This document shows positions 9,152 through 18,530 of a stretch of 49,085 nt of DNA, one piece after another; the stretch's first letter is position 1; the number at the start of each line of letters is the position of its first letter. The notes beneath the pieces were generated by a model, which saw nothing but the letters and a program-made list of their open reading frames with translations, searched no databases and was not told the origin of the DNA. Where the stretch lies: positions 1 to 49,085 of the forward strand of contig JBDHZU010000002.1 of NCBI GenBank assembly GCA_039812085.1. The letters run 5' to 3'. Source of the DNA: Candidatus Nanopelagicales bacterium (GTDB taxonomy: Bacteria; Actinomycetota; Actinomycetes; S36-B12; UBA10799). The position numbers and the translations under genes are program-made.

Positions 9152-10303
9152 TCACTTGTCGGTGTAGGTAACCGCGACCTCATCCGGTCCAGGGACGAAT
9201 GCGGCCCAGGCATTGAGCTGTTCGTCAATCTGTGCGCGCACCGCTTTGGTGAAGCGACGAGCAGTCACTGTGGGTTCGATCGTGACAGCCCACTGCTTTG
9301 CCCGCTGTTTGCGCGTCCATACGGCGACAGTTTCACCCGCGATAACAACGGTGGAACGGAACATCCCGTTGTTGCCTGGGATCACTGCCTTCATCGTGTC
9401 GGGATCAGCCAGAAGTTCACGTTGTTTGAATCCCAACAGGTATTCATCAAAGCCGGGGAGGGTGAGTACTTCTCGTTCAAGCGGCACTTCGAGTGCGGCG
9501 AGCGAATCGGTAGCCAGAATCTGTTCACCGTGATCATCAATGGTCACCGTAGTGAGTTCGTCACCCAATTCTTTGACGGCTGCTCGGCACGGGCGCATTG
9601 GCATATTGGTCCACCCCGCAAAATCCTTCATCGTGGCAGGTCCATGACTGCGGAAGAATCGACGGGCCAACTCAATAAGCGCCTCATCCTGATTGAGCTG
9701 ACGCTGCTTCGGTAACCACGCAGACGCCAACGCGAACGTTTGATCGCTGCCTTGTTGAGGGCCGATAACTAATTCGCCGAGCTGGCTGGCGTACCAGAGC
9801 AAGTGATAGGCGCTGTAGGAACTGTCCGGAGAGATTCCTGCTTCAGCCAATACGTGTGTGCACTCTGCGCGTGTGAGCAGGCCGGTCGGGCTGGCTGCTA
9901 CCGCATCCCGGAGCGTGACCACAGCGCGGTCGGCAACGGCTTTGTCGAGTCCCAAATATTCACGTCGCTTTTCGGCTCCATCCAGGGCACGTTGCCCGGT
10001 ACTGGCCAACAACCAGCTCACATCACGAGCATCGACGAAATGAATCGTTCCCCGCATCGGCCAGGTGCGAACGATCTGTCGGTCATGGCAAGCGGCAACA
10101 ACATCCTGATCGGTCACGCCCGGAATCCGAACCCCGAACGACCAATGACCAGAGGCGATATCTTGCGCTTGCATCGCCCCGAACCATTCAGCGACAGATT
10201 GCGGCGTCTGATGGTCGTGAGGCCCGGCCAGCAGCAGGCTGTTCAAGCGCAAGTGTCGTGCCTGAACAGGAGTCAGTGTGGTCACCATCCGCGCGCCTTC
10301 CAT
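9152..10303 (-). CDS. winged-helix DNA-binding protein of the HTH_42 / AlkZ-YcaQ family (DNA interstrand-crosslink glycosylase-like)
   Basis: About 380 aa. N-terminal WFGAMQAQD contains a Q-hydrophobic-Q motif like the catalytic motif recalled for AlkZ-like enzymes. Alternative start ATG 10288 / GTG 10285 overlaps the MBL stop (GTGA). Confidence 0.75.
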   Translation of the reverse strand: MEGARMVTTLTPVQARHLRLNSLLLAGPHDHQTPQSVAEWFGAMQAQDIASGHWSFGVRIPGVTDQDVVAACHDRQIVRTWPMRGTIHFVDARDVSWLLASTGQRALDGAEKRREYLGLDKAVADRAVVTLRDAVAASPTGLLTRAECTHVLAEAGISPDSSYSAYHLLWYASQLGELVIGPQQGSDQTFALASAWLPKQRQLNQDEALIELARRFFRSHGPATMKDFAGWTNMPMRPCRAAVKELGDELTTVTIDDHGEQILATDSLAALEVPLEREVLTLPGFDEYLLGFKQRELLADPDTMKAVIPGNNGMFRSTVVIAGETVAVWTRKQRAKQWAVTIEPTVTARRFTKAVRAQIDEQLNAWAAFVPGPDEVAVTYTDK

Positions 10304-10917
10304 TCGGTTAATTGACCGCGTTCATTGCCCAATGTGGTGGCCTGCCCGTGACCGGGATGAACGACCGTGTCATCAGGTAGTTGATCGAATAATTTGGTCA
10401 CGACATCGTCATAAAGCTGTTCGAATGCGGCATGGTCGTCACAGGTGTTGCCGATGCCCCCTGGGAACAGACAGTCCCCAGCGAAGACATGAGCGGGGCC
10501 ATGAGGGTCTCGATAGATCGCTGCCGCTGATTGAGAGACGTGATCGAGATACCCCGCACGGTGACCTGTCAGCAGGACAACCTCCAGGTCGGAATCGCCG
10601 ATGCTGATCTCATTCCCGTCGGCGAGCTCAACCATTGTGTCCACAGGGATATGTGGAGCCTCCGCAGTTGCGGCATATGTCGTCGCCCCAGTGGCCTCGA
10701 CAACCTGTTGCAGTGCCTGCCAGTGGTCGGCATGGCAATGAGTCGTGAGAACACCATCGAGCCGATCGCCGATGGCCGCAAGAAGGGTGTCGGGTTCGTT
10801 CGCCGCATCAATCAGGAACAGGGCGTCTGTTTGTGGGCAATGCAATAGATAGGCGTTGTTATCCATTGGGCCAACGTTGAGGGTGGTGATCTCCAGAGAC
10901 GCCGGCGTCGAAGTCAT
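10282..10917 (-). CDS. MBL-fold metallo-hydrolase (glyoxalase II-like)
   Basis: HCHADHW (HxHxDH) metal motif. ORF track starts at 11016 and overlaps yccF; internal ATG 10917 (MTSTPASLEITTLNVGPMDNNAYLL) removes that overlap. Confidence 0.85.
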   Translation of the reverse strand: MTSTPASLEITTLNVGPMDNNAYLLHCPQTDALFLIDAANEPDTLLAAIGDRLDGVLTTHCHADHWQALQQVVEATGATTYAATAEAPHIPVDTMVELADGNEISIGDSDLEVVLLTGHRAGYLDHVSQSAAAIYRDPHGPAHVFAGDCLFPGGIGNTCDDHAAFEQLYDDVVTKLFDQLPDDTVVHPGHGQATTLGNERGQLTEWKARGW

Positions 10918-10936
10918 GCTGGCGACGTTACCTGCC

Positions 10937-11347
10937 CTAGCCGACAGAGACAGTTGCCTGTCCGGACTGGACGGAATCCTTGGAGACGATCTCCTTGCCC
11001 AGTGGGAACAAGGCAATACCGGCCATCTTGAACGATGCGATGCCGAACGGGATCGTGATGATGAGGATGCACAGAATGACTCCCGTGACGACGTGGGCGA
11101 TGGCGATCCACAGTCCCGCGAGCAGGAACCAGATCACGTTGCCGATGCCGCTCATCACGCCTGAAGTTGGTTTTGAGATGACGGTTCGCCCAAACGGCCA
11201 GAGCGCATAACTGGCCATCCGGAAGGAGGCGATGCCGAACGGAATCGTGATGATCAGGATGAACATGATGATTCCCGCCGCTGCGTAGAGCAGCGCCATC
11301 CAGAACCCGGCGAAGATGAACCACAGAATGTTGCCAATTGTGCGCAT
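10937..11347 (-). CDS. yccF: YccF domain-containing inner-membrane protein
   Basis: 136 aa with two tandem YccF repeats ([11 protein letters not shown]...[13 protein letters not shown] and [11 protein letters not shown]...[13 protein letters not shown]). Confidence 0.85.
   Translation of the reverse strand: MRTIGNILWFIFAGFWMALLYAAAGIIMFILIITIPFGIASFRMASYALWPFGRTVISKPTSGVMSGIGNVIWFLLAGLWIAIAHVVTGVILCILIITIPFGIASFKMAGIALFPLGKEIVSKDSVQSGQATVSVG
11021..11261. repeat. in-frame internal duplication within yccF (two 49-nt segments, 11021-11069 and 11213-11261, offset 192 nt)
   Basis: By hand alignment 43 of 49 nt are identical, including the identical 14-mer gcgatgccgaacgg at 11037-11050 and 11229-11242. 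This corresponds to the two YccF domains. Confidence 0.8.
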
Positions 11348-11397
11348 TGATCAAGTGTGCGCTGAACCGGTCTGACACCAGAGTCGGGGGTGCCAGT

Positions 11398-11403
11398 TAC
11401 GGT
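11398..11403 (+). promoter_or_regulatory. candidate -10 hexamer TACGGT, 6 nt upstream of GTG 11410 (leaderless-type uvrA start)
   Basis: TACGGT, spacer tgtcgg, then GTG. GTG 11410 yields [14 protein letters not shown], the canonical UvrA N-terminus. Confidence 0.35.
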
Positions 11404-11409
11404 TGTCGG

Positions 11410-14382
11410 GTGGATCGATTGGTCGTTCGGGGTGCAAGGGAACACAACCTGCAGAATGTGAGCCTCGATCTGCCTCGAGATGCGCTCATCGTGTTCACGG
11501 GTTTATCCGGTTCTGGCAAGTCCAGCCTCGCCTTCGACACGATCTTTGCCGAGGGGCAGCGACGTTACGTCGAGAGTTTGTCTGCCTACGCGCGTCAGTT
11601 CCTCGGCCAGATGGACAAGCCCGATGTGGACTTCATCGAAGGGTTGTCTCCCGCCGTCTCGATCGACCAGAAATCTACTTCTCGAAACCCACGCTCAACA
11701 GTCGGGACCATCACCGAGGTTTACGACTATCTGCGTTTGCTGTACGCCCGGATCGGTAAGCCGCACTGCCCGGAGTGCGGCAAACCCATTGCTCGGCAAA
11801 CCCCGCAGCAGATCGTCGACCAAGTGTTGGCCTTGGACGAAGGCACCCGATTCCAGATCCTGGCTCCGGTGATTCGTGCGCGCAAAGGCGAATACGTCGA
11901 CTTGATGCGCTCCCTGCAGACCCAAGGCTTCTCCCGTGCTCGGATCGATGGGGTAGTGCACTCGTTGGCTGAACCACCCACGTTGAAGAAGCAGGAGAAA
12001 CACAGCATCGACGTGGTGGTCGATCGACTTGCGGTCAAACCCAGCGCCAAGCGCCGACTGACAGACTCGGTAGAAACGGCGCTGCGGCTATCGCAGGGCA
12101 CCGTCACTCTGGACTTCGTTGACCTATCAGAAGACGACCCTGCCCGGGAACGAACGTTCAGCGAGCATCTCGCCTGCTTAGACGATGGGTTGTCATTCAG
12201 CGAATTGGAACCGCGGTCGTTCTCCTTTAACTCACCGTTCGGTGCCTGCCCGGAATGCACCGGTCTCGGTACTCGGATGGAGGTCGATCCCGAACTGATC
12301 ATTCCGGACCCGACCCGCACGTTGGCCGACGGAGCGATTGCGCCGTGGTCACACAAGGGGATGAGCAAATACTTCGATCGGATTCTGACGGCGCTTGGCA
12401 AGGAACTCGGCTTCACGCTGAACACCGCGTGGGAGGACCTGGATACAGAAGCCCAGAAGACGATCCTGAACGGCCAATCCGACAGCGTCACCGTCAAATA
12501 CCGGAACCGATACGGGCGAGAACGCTCCTACACAACAGGCTTCGAAGGTGTCATCCCGTTCGTGGAGCGACGCCATCTTGAAACCGAGTCGGAATCTGGT
12601 CGGGAACGCTACGCCGGATTCATGCGAGAAGTCCCGTGCCCTGCATGTCAGGGAGCCCGACTGAAACCGTTGTCGTTGGCAGTGACTGTGGCTGATCATT
12701 CGATCTCGCAGGTTGCGGCGATGCCGATTGGACAGTGTCGAGACTTCCTCGCGGAATTGGAACTGTCCGAACGAGATCTGGCCGTGGCATCGCGGGTCGT
12801 GAAAGAGGTCAATGAACGACTCAACTTCCTGGTCGATGTCGGTCTGCACTATCTGACTCTGGATCGTGCTGCCGCCACTCTGGCCGGAGGTGAGGCGCAA
12901 CGTATCCGGTTAGCCACCCAGATCGGTAGCGGGCTGGTCGGCGTGCTCTACGTCTTGGACGAACCCAGCATCGGACTGCATCAGAGAGATAACCGTCGCC
13001 TCATCGACACCCTGGTTCGACTGCGCGATCTGGGCAACACCCTGATTGTGGTGGAGCACGACGAAGACACCATTCATGCGGCTGACTGGATCGTGGACAT
13101 CGGCCCCGGGGCAGGAGAGCACGGAGGCAAGGTCGTCGTCTCCGGGCCGCTTTCAGAGCTGATCGCAAACCAGGATTCCCTCACCGGCGCCTATGTCAGT
13201 GGACGTCAGTCAATTGAGGTGCCAACCGAACGTCGACCTACCGAACCGGGTCGAGAAATCGTCATCCACGGTGCCCGAGAGCACAACTTGCAAGATGTCA
13301 CTGCCGCGATCCCGTTGGGATGTCTGGTTGCCGTGACCGGAGTGTCTGGGTCGGGCAAATCGACTTTGGTCAACGATGTTTTGTACCGGTCGTTGGCACG
13401 CGATCTGCATGCCGCTCGATCTGTTCCCGGACGGCACCTCAAGGTCACCGGGACAGAACTGGTCGACAAAGTCGTCCATGTAGATCAAGGACCGATTGGT
13501 CGGACGCCTCGTTCTAACCCAGCGACGTACACCGGGGTGTTCGATCACGTCCGAAAGATCTTTGCCTCCACCGAAGAAGCCAAGGTTCGCGGTTATATGC
13601 CTGGCCGCTTCTCCTTCAACGTCAAGGGCGGACGGTGTGAAGCCTGCTCGGGTGACGGCACGATCAAGATTGAGATGAACTTCCTGCCGGACGTATACGT
13701 GCCGTGCGAGGTCTGCCACGGGGCTCGCTACAACCGCGAGACGTTGGAAGTTCACTACAAAGGCAAGACCATCGCAGACGTCTTGGACATGCCCATCGAA
13801 GAAGGTCTGGAATTCTTCGCGGCAGTTCCTCCCATTGCTCGACACCTGCAGACCCTGGTTGATGTGGGCCTGGGATACGTCCGGTTAGGGCAACCTGCTC
13901 CGACGTTGTCTGGGGGAGAAGCGCAGCGCGTCAAGCTGTCAGCCGAACTGCAGAAACGTTCCACGGGACGCACTATCTATGTGTTGGATGAACCGACGAC
14001 GGGTCTGCACTTCGAAGACATCCGCAAACTGCTCCTTGTGCTTGGACGACTCGTTGATGCCGGGAACACCGTGTTGGTGATTGAGCACAACCTCGATGTC
14101 ATCAAGACGGCGGACTGGATCATCGACATGGGGCCAGAAGGTGGTTCTGGTGGTGGACAGGTCGTCGCAGCCGGAACCCCTGAGCAGGTCGCTGCTGTCG
14201 CGGAAAGTCATACCGGATCGTTCCTGAGTCAGATCCTGGGAATCCCCGCAGAATCCGTCGCCACTGCTAGCGCACCACGCACCAGCGGTGTTAGGAAGAA
14301 GGGCACCTCGCCACGCAAGGCAGCAACCAAGCCCAAGACAGCGAAGCCAAAGACGCCTGCCAAGCGGGCAAAGAAGGGATGA
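11410..14382 (+). CDS. uvrA: excinuclease ABC subunit A
   Basis: ORF 11338..14382. Two ABC ATPase modules ([18 protein letters not shown]), zinc-finger cysteines, canonical N-terminus from GTG 11410. Lys/Pro/Ala-rich C-terminal tail. Confidence 0.96.
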   Translation: MDRLVVRGAREHNLQNVSLDLPRDALIVFTGLSGSGKSSLAFDTIFAEGQRRYVESLSAYARQFLGQMDKPDVDFIEGLSPAVSIDQKSTSRNPRSTVGTITEVYDYLRLLYARIGKPHCPECGKPIARQTPQQIVDQVLALDEGTRFQILAPVIRARKGEYVDLMRSLQTQGFSRARIDGVVHSLAEPPTLKKQEKHSIDVVVDRLAVKPSAKRRLTDSVETALRLSQGTVTLDFVDLSEDDPARERTFSEHLACLDDGLSFSELEPRSFSFNSPFGACPECTGLGTRMEVDPELIIPDPTRTLADGAIAPWSHKGMSKYFDRILTALGKELGFTLNTAWEDLDTEAQKTILNGQSDSVTVKYRNRYGRERSYTTGFEGVIPFVERRHLETESESGRERYAGFMREVPCPACQGARLKPLSLAVTVADHSISQVAAMPIGQCRDFLAELELSERDLAVASRVVKEVNERLNFLVDVGLHYLTLDRAAATLAGGEAQRIRLATQIGSGLVGVLYVLDEPSIGLHQRDNRRLIDTLVRLRDLGNTLIVVEHDEDTIHAADWIVDIGPGAGEHGGKVVVSGPLSELIANQDSLTGAYVSGRQSIEVPTERRPTEPGREIVIHGAREHNLQDVTAAIPLGCLVAVTGVSGSGKSTLVNDVLYRSLARDLHAARSVPGRHLKVTGTELVDKVVHVDQGPIGRTPRSNPATYTGVFDHVRKIFASTEEAKVRGYMPGRFSFNVKGGRCEACSGDGTIKIEMNFLPDVYVPCEVCHGARYNRETLEVHYKGKTIADVLDMPIEEGLEFFAAVPPIARHLQTLVDVGLGYVRLGQPAPTLSGGEAQRVKLSAELQKRSTGRTIYVLDEPTTGLHFEDIRKLLLVLGRLVDAGNTVLVIEHNLDVIKTADWIIDMGPEGGSGGGQVVAAGTPEQVAAVAESHTGSFLSQILGIPAESVATASAPRTSGVRKKGTSPRKAATKPKTAKPKTPAKRAKKG

Positions 14383-14900
14383 CGATGACTCAGGACGTGA
14401 ATGTCTCCGCCGTCGAACCGACACAAGAATCTCGACTGATTTCCCGCCGATCAGTGATCGCAACGGCAGCAGCAGGTGCGGCTGGATTGGGATTGGCCGC
14501 ATGCAGCTCGTCTGCTGATCCGCAGCCAACATCATCCGCCACCGACCAAACTCCCACTACCTCCACCGACACCGCAACAGCGTCAGCGAGTAGTACGGGA
14601 ACTGCAATTGGAGCGGTCTCCGATGTTCCGGTTGGCAGCGCCGTGGTCAAACAGACCGGGGACAACACCGGTTACGTATTGGCTCAACCGTCCAAGGGGA
14701 AGATCGACTGCCACAGTGCCGTTTGTCCTCACCAAGGATGCTTAGTGACCCAGGTTCAAGGTGACGTGGTGACGTGTCCATGTCACGGCAGCGAGTTCAA
14801 CGTGAACTCCGGCGATGTCTTGCGGGGTCCAGCTCAGACAGGTTTGGCCAAGGCCAGCGTCACAGTCAAGGACGGCAACATCTACCTCGGCTCAAGCTGA
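14379..14900 (+). CDS. Rieske (2Fe-2S) domain lipoprotein with Tat-type signal peptide
   Basis: [21 protein letters not shown] is a twin-arginine motif followed by a lipobox Cys. Rieske ligand motifs CPHQGC and CPCHGS. ATGA overlap with the uvrA stop. Confidence 0.85.
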   Translation: MTMTQDVNVSAVEPTQESRLISRRSVIATAAAGAAGLGLAACSSSADPQPTSSATDQTPTTSTDTATASASSTGTAIGAVSDVPVGSAVVKQTGDNTGYVLAQPSKGKIDCHSAVCPHQGCLVTQVQGDVVTCPCHGSEFNVNSGDVLRGPAQTGLAKASVTVKDGNIYLGSS

Positions 14901-15551
14901 CTAGCCCGCCTTCACCACTGACTGAGTAATCACCTTTGCGCGCAGCTTGTAGCCCGCAACGGTCAGGTGGACGCGGTCGCTACGAAGCACGCTCTTACGG
15001 CTCTTGACGACCTTCGACCAATCCACCACGACCAAGTTCTTGTACTTGTGGGTGGACTGACGCAGGGCAGTGTTGACCTTGCCGTAGCCACCTGGTCGAA
15101 CCACGTTGACCCAGATGACAGTGCGCTTCTTGCCTGCCTTCTTCATCACTTGGGTAACGTACTTCTTCGTTGTCTTGGGCCGAGCACCGTCATTGGTTCC
15201 CAGTGCGACCACCCAGACACCCGCGCGCTTGGCGTTGGAGCCCTTGAGGTGAGAGATCCCTTCCGGAGTGGCACGTCCGACTCGGGCATCCACGGCGACG
15301 GAGTAATGCTTCTTGCGCAGGGATGACTTCAGGTAGGGCGCGGATCCCACGGTTAAGGAATCGCCCACGATAAAGACACGCTTGTGCGATGGCGCAGCGG
15401 CATGGGCAGGCGTGGGAGCAAGCAAGGGGAGCAGCCCGGTGATGAGCGCCGTTGACAGGAGCAGGAGGGCAGTAAACATCCCCAACCGGCGTGGGGACAC
15501 TGCAGATGCTGTATTCGTCATGCTTCTGTTGTCCCCGGTGAAATCGGACAT
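14901..15551 (-). CDS. secreted SGNH/GDSL-family hydrolase
   Basis: FIVGDSLT (GDS block), GTNDG, DRVHLT (DxxH). N-terminal signal peptide ...LLAPTPAHAAAP. Alternative start ATG 15521 (MTNTASAV...). Confidence 0.8.
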   Translation of the reverse strand: MSDFTGDNRSMTNTASAVSPRRLGMFTALLLLSTALITGLLPLLAPTPAHAAAPSHKRVFIVGDSLTVGSAPYLKSSLRKKHYSVAVDARVGRATPEGISHLKGSNAKRAGVWVVALGTNDGARPKTTKKYVTQVMKKAGKKRTVIWVNVVRPGGYGKVNTALRQSTHKYKNLVVVDWSKVVKSRKSVLRSDRVHLTVAGYKLRAKVITQSVVKAG

Positions 15552-15674
15552 TCAGGGACACTGTGAAGTGGGCAACGCACCGGCAACACGGACGAGTGAG
15601 GTGCGCATCACGATCATGAACGCAGAGTCAAACGCTGGTTTACGCGGCGTAGTTGCACAGCCGAACTAGACTTG

Positions 15675-15713
15675 AGACAGCCCACCATTCCGCTCGGTGG
15701 GTCTATCCCGTTG
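15675..15713 (+). promoter_or_regulatory. putative 5'-UTR stem-loop of uvrC plus a 15-nt motif also found upstream of sufR
   Basis: CCCACC (15681-15686) pairs with GGTGGG (15696-15701) across a 9-nt loop. GGGTCTATCCCGTTG at 15699-15713 is identical to 32235-32249. AGGAGG SD and ATG 15732 follow. Confidence 0.25.
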
Positions 15714-15731
15714 CCAGGAGGGAGCATCAGC

Positions 15732-17672
15732 ATGACCTCGCTGAGCTACCGACCGAAGCCTGGCAGCATCCCGGATGAACCAGGTGTGTACCGGTTCCGC
15801 GACAACGACAACGTTGTGATCTATGTCGGTAAAGCCCGGAGCTTGCGCAATCGACTCAACAGTTACTTCACCGATCCCAACGCGTTGCATCCCCGCACCT
15901 TCGCCATGGTTCATTCAGCGTCAGGGGTTGATTGGGTCACCGTCGACAACGAGGTTGAGGCGCTACAGCTCGAATACAGCTGGATCAAGGAATACGAGCC
16001 CCGATTCAACGTCAAATATCGAGACGACAAGTCCTATCCCTACCTGGCCATCACCATGGCGGATGAGTTTCCGCGGGTGCAGGTCATGCGGGGAGCCAAA
16101 CGCAAAGGAACCCGCTACTTCGGTCCCTTTGCTCACGCCTGGGCAATTCGGGACACCGTTGAGCAGTTGCTCCGGGTTTTCCCTATGCGTAGTTGTTCTC
16201 CGGGGGTCTTCCAACGCCATCAACGAATGGGACGCCCCTGCCTTTTGGCAGACATCGGCAAATGTTCGGCACCCTGCGTCGGTCGTGTCACGGCGGACGA
16301 ACACCGAGTCATTGCCGACGAGTTCGCTCGCTTTCTGTCTGGGCGAACCGACCCCTACATTCGCGACGTAGAACGACGGATGACCGAAGCGGCCAATAAA
16401 CAGGACTACGAGACGGCCGCCCGCCTGCGCGACGATATCGCTGCTCTGCGCCGCGCGTTGGCTAAGTCCGCCGTGGTTTTGCCTGATGCCACGGATGCTG
16501 ATGTCATTGGGATGGCCGGCGACGAACTGGAGTTGTCCTTCCAGGTTTTCCACGTGCGCGGGGGGCGAGTCAGTGGTCAACGAGCGATGGTGGTGGAACG
16601 AACTGTCGATCAAAGCGATGCCGAACTACTCGAGCACTACCTGATGGTGCTGTACGGCGAACTCACCCCAACCGGAGCACAGAACGGACCAGGGATTCCC
16701 CGACAGATCCTCACCGTGGCTGAACCGACCTCAGTCGACACTTTGCACAACTGGCTAGCCAGTCATCGGGGATCACGAGTGACGATCAGTGTTCCTCGTC
16801 GCGGGCCGAAGCGGGAACTACTCGACACCGTCACCGCGAATGCCCGACAAACCTTGCACACCCACAAACTCAAGCGGGCAGGTGACCTGACATCGCGTGG
16901 ACAGGCACTAGAACAACTGCAAAGCGCGCTCGATTTGGAACAGGCACCGCTGCGAATCGAGTGCATCGACATCTCCAGTCATCACGGCACTGACATCACT
17001 GCCTCAATCGTGGTGTTCGAAGACGGTCTGCCGACGAAGTCGCAGTATCGGAAGTACCGCATCCCGGATCACACCGATGACGTGACCGCCATGTACCAAG
17101 CAGTTGCACGCCGATACGCCCATACGAAGTCGTCGGAAGAAGACAAACAGTCTGACCAACCACGAGCACGTCGATACCGAGTCGGCTTGCTCGTCGTGGA
17201 TGGTGGTGCGCCGCAGGTAGCGGCGGCAGCTGCTGCATTAGCTGATGTGGGTGCTACTGACATCCCGGTGTGCGGATTGGCCAAACGGCTCGAAGAAGTG
17301 TGGCTACCGGAAGAGGATGATCCGGTCATCCTGCCGCGTCGCAGCGAGGCGCTCTACCTGCTGCAACGTGTCCGCGACGAAGCCCACCGATTCGCGATTA
17401 CCTTCCACCGACAGCGTCGGGCGAAACGTTCAGCAGCGAGTGTTTTGGACGAGATACCGGGTCTTGGACCAGTACGGCGAAAGGCCCTGCTCAAACAGTT
17501 CGGATCGGTGCGAAAACTCAAGGCAGCCACGATTGATCAGATTGCACAAGTGCCGGGAATCGGCCAGACCACTGCACAGATGATCGCCGAGAGACTGCAA
17601 TCTGAACCTCCAGCAGTGGCAGTCAACCTGACGACAGGCGAAGTTCTCGGCCATGCTGATGCCCATGAGTGA
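15732..17672 (+). CDS. uvrC: excinuclease ABC subunit C
   Basis: ORF 15672..17672. ATG 15732 is preceded by AGGAGGGAG. GIY-YIG N-terminus (GVYRFRD...VIYVGKA), UVR domain, C-terminal HhH. Confidence 0.95.
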   Translation: MTSLSYRPKPGSIPDEPGVYRFRDNDNVVIYVGKARSLRNRLNSYFTDPNALHPRTFAMVHSASGVDWVTVDNEVEALQLEYSWIKEYEPRFNVKYRDDKSYPYLAITMADEFPRVQVMRGAKRKGTRYFGPFAHAWAIRDTVEQLLRVFPMRSCSPGVFQRHQRMGRPCLLADIGKCSAPCVGRVTADEHRVIADEFARFLSGRTDPYIRDVERRMTEAANKQDYETAARLRDDIAALRRALAKSAVVLPDATDADVIGMAGDELELSFQVFHVRGGRVSGQRAMVVERTVDQSDAELLEHYLMVLYGELTPTGAQNGPGIPRQILTVAEPTSVDTLHNWLASHRGSRVTISVPRRGPKRELLDTVTANARQTLHTHKLKRAGDLTSRGQALEQLQSALDLEQAPLRIECIDISSHHGTDITASIVVFEDGLPTKSQYRKYRIPDHTDDVTAMYQAVARRYAHTKSSEEDKQSDQPRARRYRVGLLVVDGGAPQVAAAAAALADVGATDIPVCGLAKRLEEVWLPEEDDPVILPRRSEALYLLQRVRDEAHRFAITFHRQRRAKRSAASVLDEIPGLGPVRRKALLKQFGSVRKLKAATIDQIAQVPGIGQTTAQMIAERLQSEPPAVAVNLTTGEVLGHADAHE

Positions 17673-18528
17673 AGAACTCGACGTCGTGCTTGTCACGGGA
17701 ATGTCCGGTGCGGGCCGGTCGACGGCTGCGCGCGCCTTGGAAGACCTCGGCTTCTTTGTGGTGGACAACCTGCCGCCCGGACAACTTGTTCAGACCTTGG
17801 CGGCGATCAAAGAGTCTGGCGATATCGAACATGTGGCCGTCGTGATTGACGTCCGTGGGCGATCAATGTTCTTCGATTTGCCTGCGGCTGCTCGAGATCT
17901 GCGAGCCAGCGGAAATCCGACACGAGTGTTGTTCCTCGAAGCCAATGACGAAGTACTTGTTCGCCGCTTCGAATCCAACCGACGACCTCACCCACTGCAG
18001 AAGGGTGGTCGGGTGCTGGACGGTCTGCAGCAAGAACGAGAGGTCTTGGCAGAACTACGTGGCTCTGCCGATCTGGTCATCGACACCTCTAACCTCAACG
18101 TGCATGAATTGCGGCGAAAGATCGAAGCCGGATTCTCAACCGATGACGATGTGTCCTTGCGCGCAACGGTGATGAGCTTCGGATTCAAGTACGGCATCCC
18201 GGTGGATGCGGATCTGGTGGCAGATATGCGGTTCTTGCCGAACCCGTATTGGGTTCCCGAACTGCGTGAATTGACTGGCCAAGATGCGCCTGTCAGCGAC
18301 TATGTCACCGAGCTGCCGGAGGCTCGCCAATTCCTTGATCAGTACGCCGCTTTGGTCGACCTTGCTGCTGACGGTTATCAGCGTGAAGGCAAGCAATACG
18401 TCACCATCGCGATTGGGTGTACCGGTGGAAAACACCGCAGCGTGGCGATGACAGAACATCTGGCGGCTCGGCTAGTCAGACAAGGAATGGAAACCCTCGT
18501 CGTGCATCGCGACCTTGGCAAGGAATAG
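17653..18528 (+). CDS. rapZ: RNase adapter protein RapZ
   Basis: P-loop VTGMSGAGRSTA and C-terminal GCTGGKHRSV. Overlaps the uvrC end. Alternative start ATG 17665. Confidence 0.92.
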   Translation: MLMPMSEELDVVLVTGMSGAGRSTAARALEDLGFFVVDNLPPGQLVQTLAAIKESGDIEHVAVVIDVRGRSMFFDLPAAARDLRASGNPTRVLFLEANDEVLVRRFESNRRPHPLQKGGRVLDGLQQEREVLAELRGSADLVIDTSNLNVHELRRKIEAGFSTDDDVSLRATVMSFGFKYGIPVDADLVADMRFLPNPYWVPELRELTGQDAPVSDYVTELPEARQFLDQYAALVDLAADGYQREGKQYVTIAIGCTGGKHRSVAMTEHLAARLVRQGMETLVVHRDLGKE

Positions 18529-18530
18529 CC

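Noticed and set aside
9141-9156. Imperfect 16-bp palindrome AGTCAGGCGCCTCACT between the convergent TetR and HTH_42 genes, considered as a bidirectional terminator.
   Set aside because: As an RNA hairpin it would have essentially no loop and an internal C-C mismatch, and there is no U-tract. It is probably fortuitous.
17968-17976. A tRNA T-arm-like string, TTCGAATCC.
   Set aside because: It lies inside the rapZ coding sequence (RRFESNRRP) with no surrounding cloverleaf. I found no tRNA-like structures elsewhere in the window.
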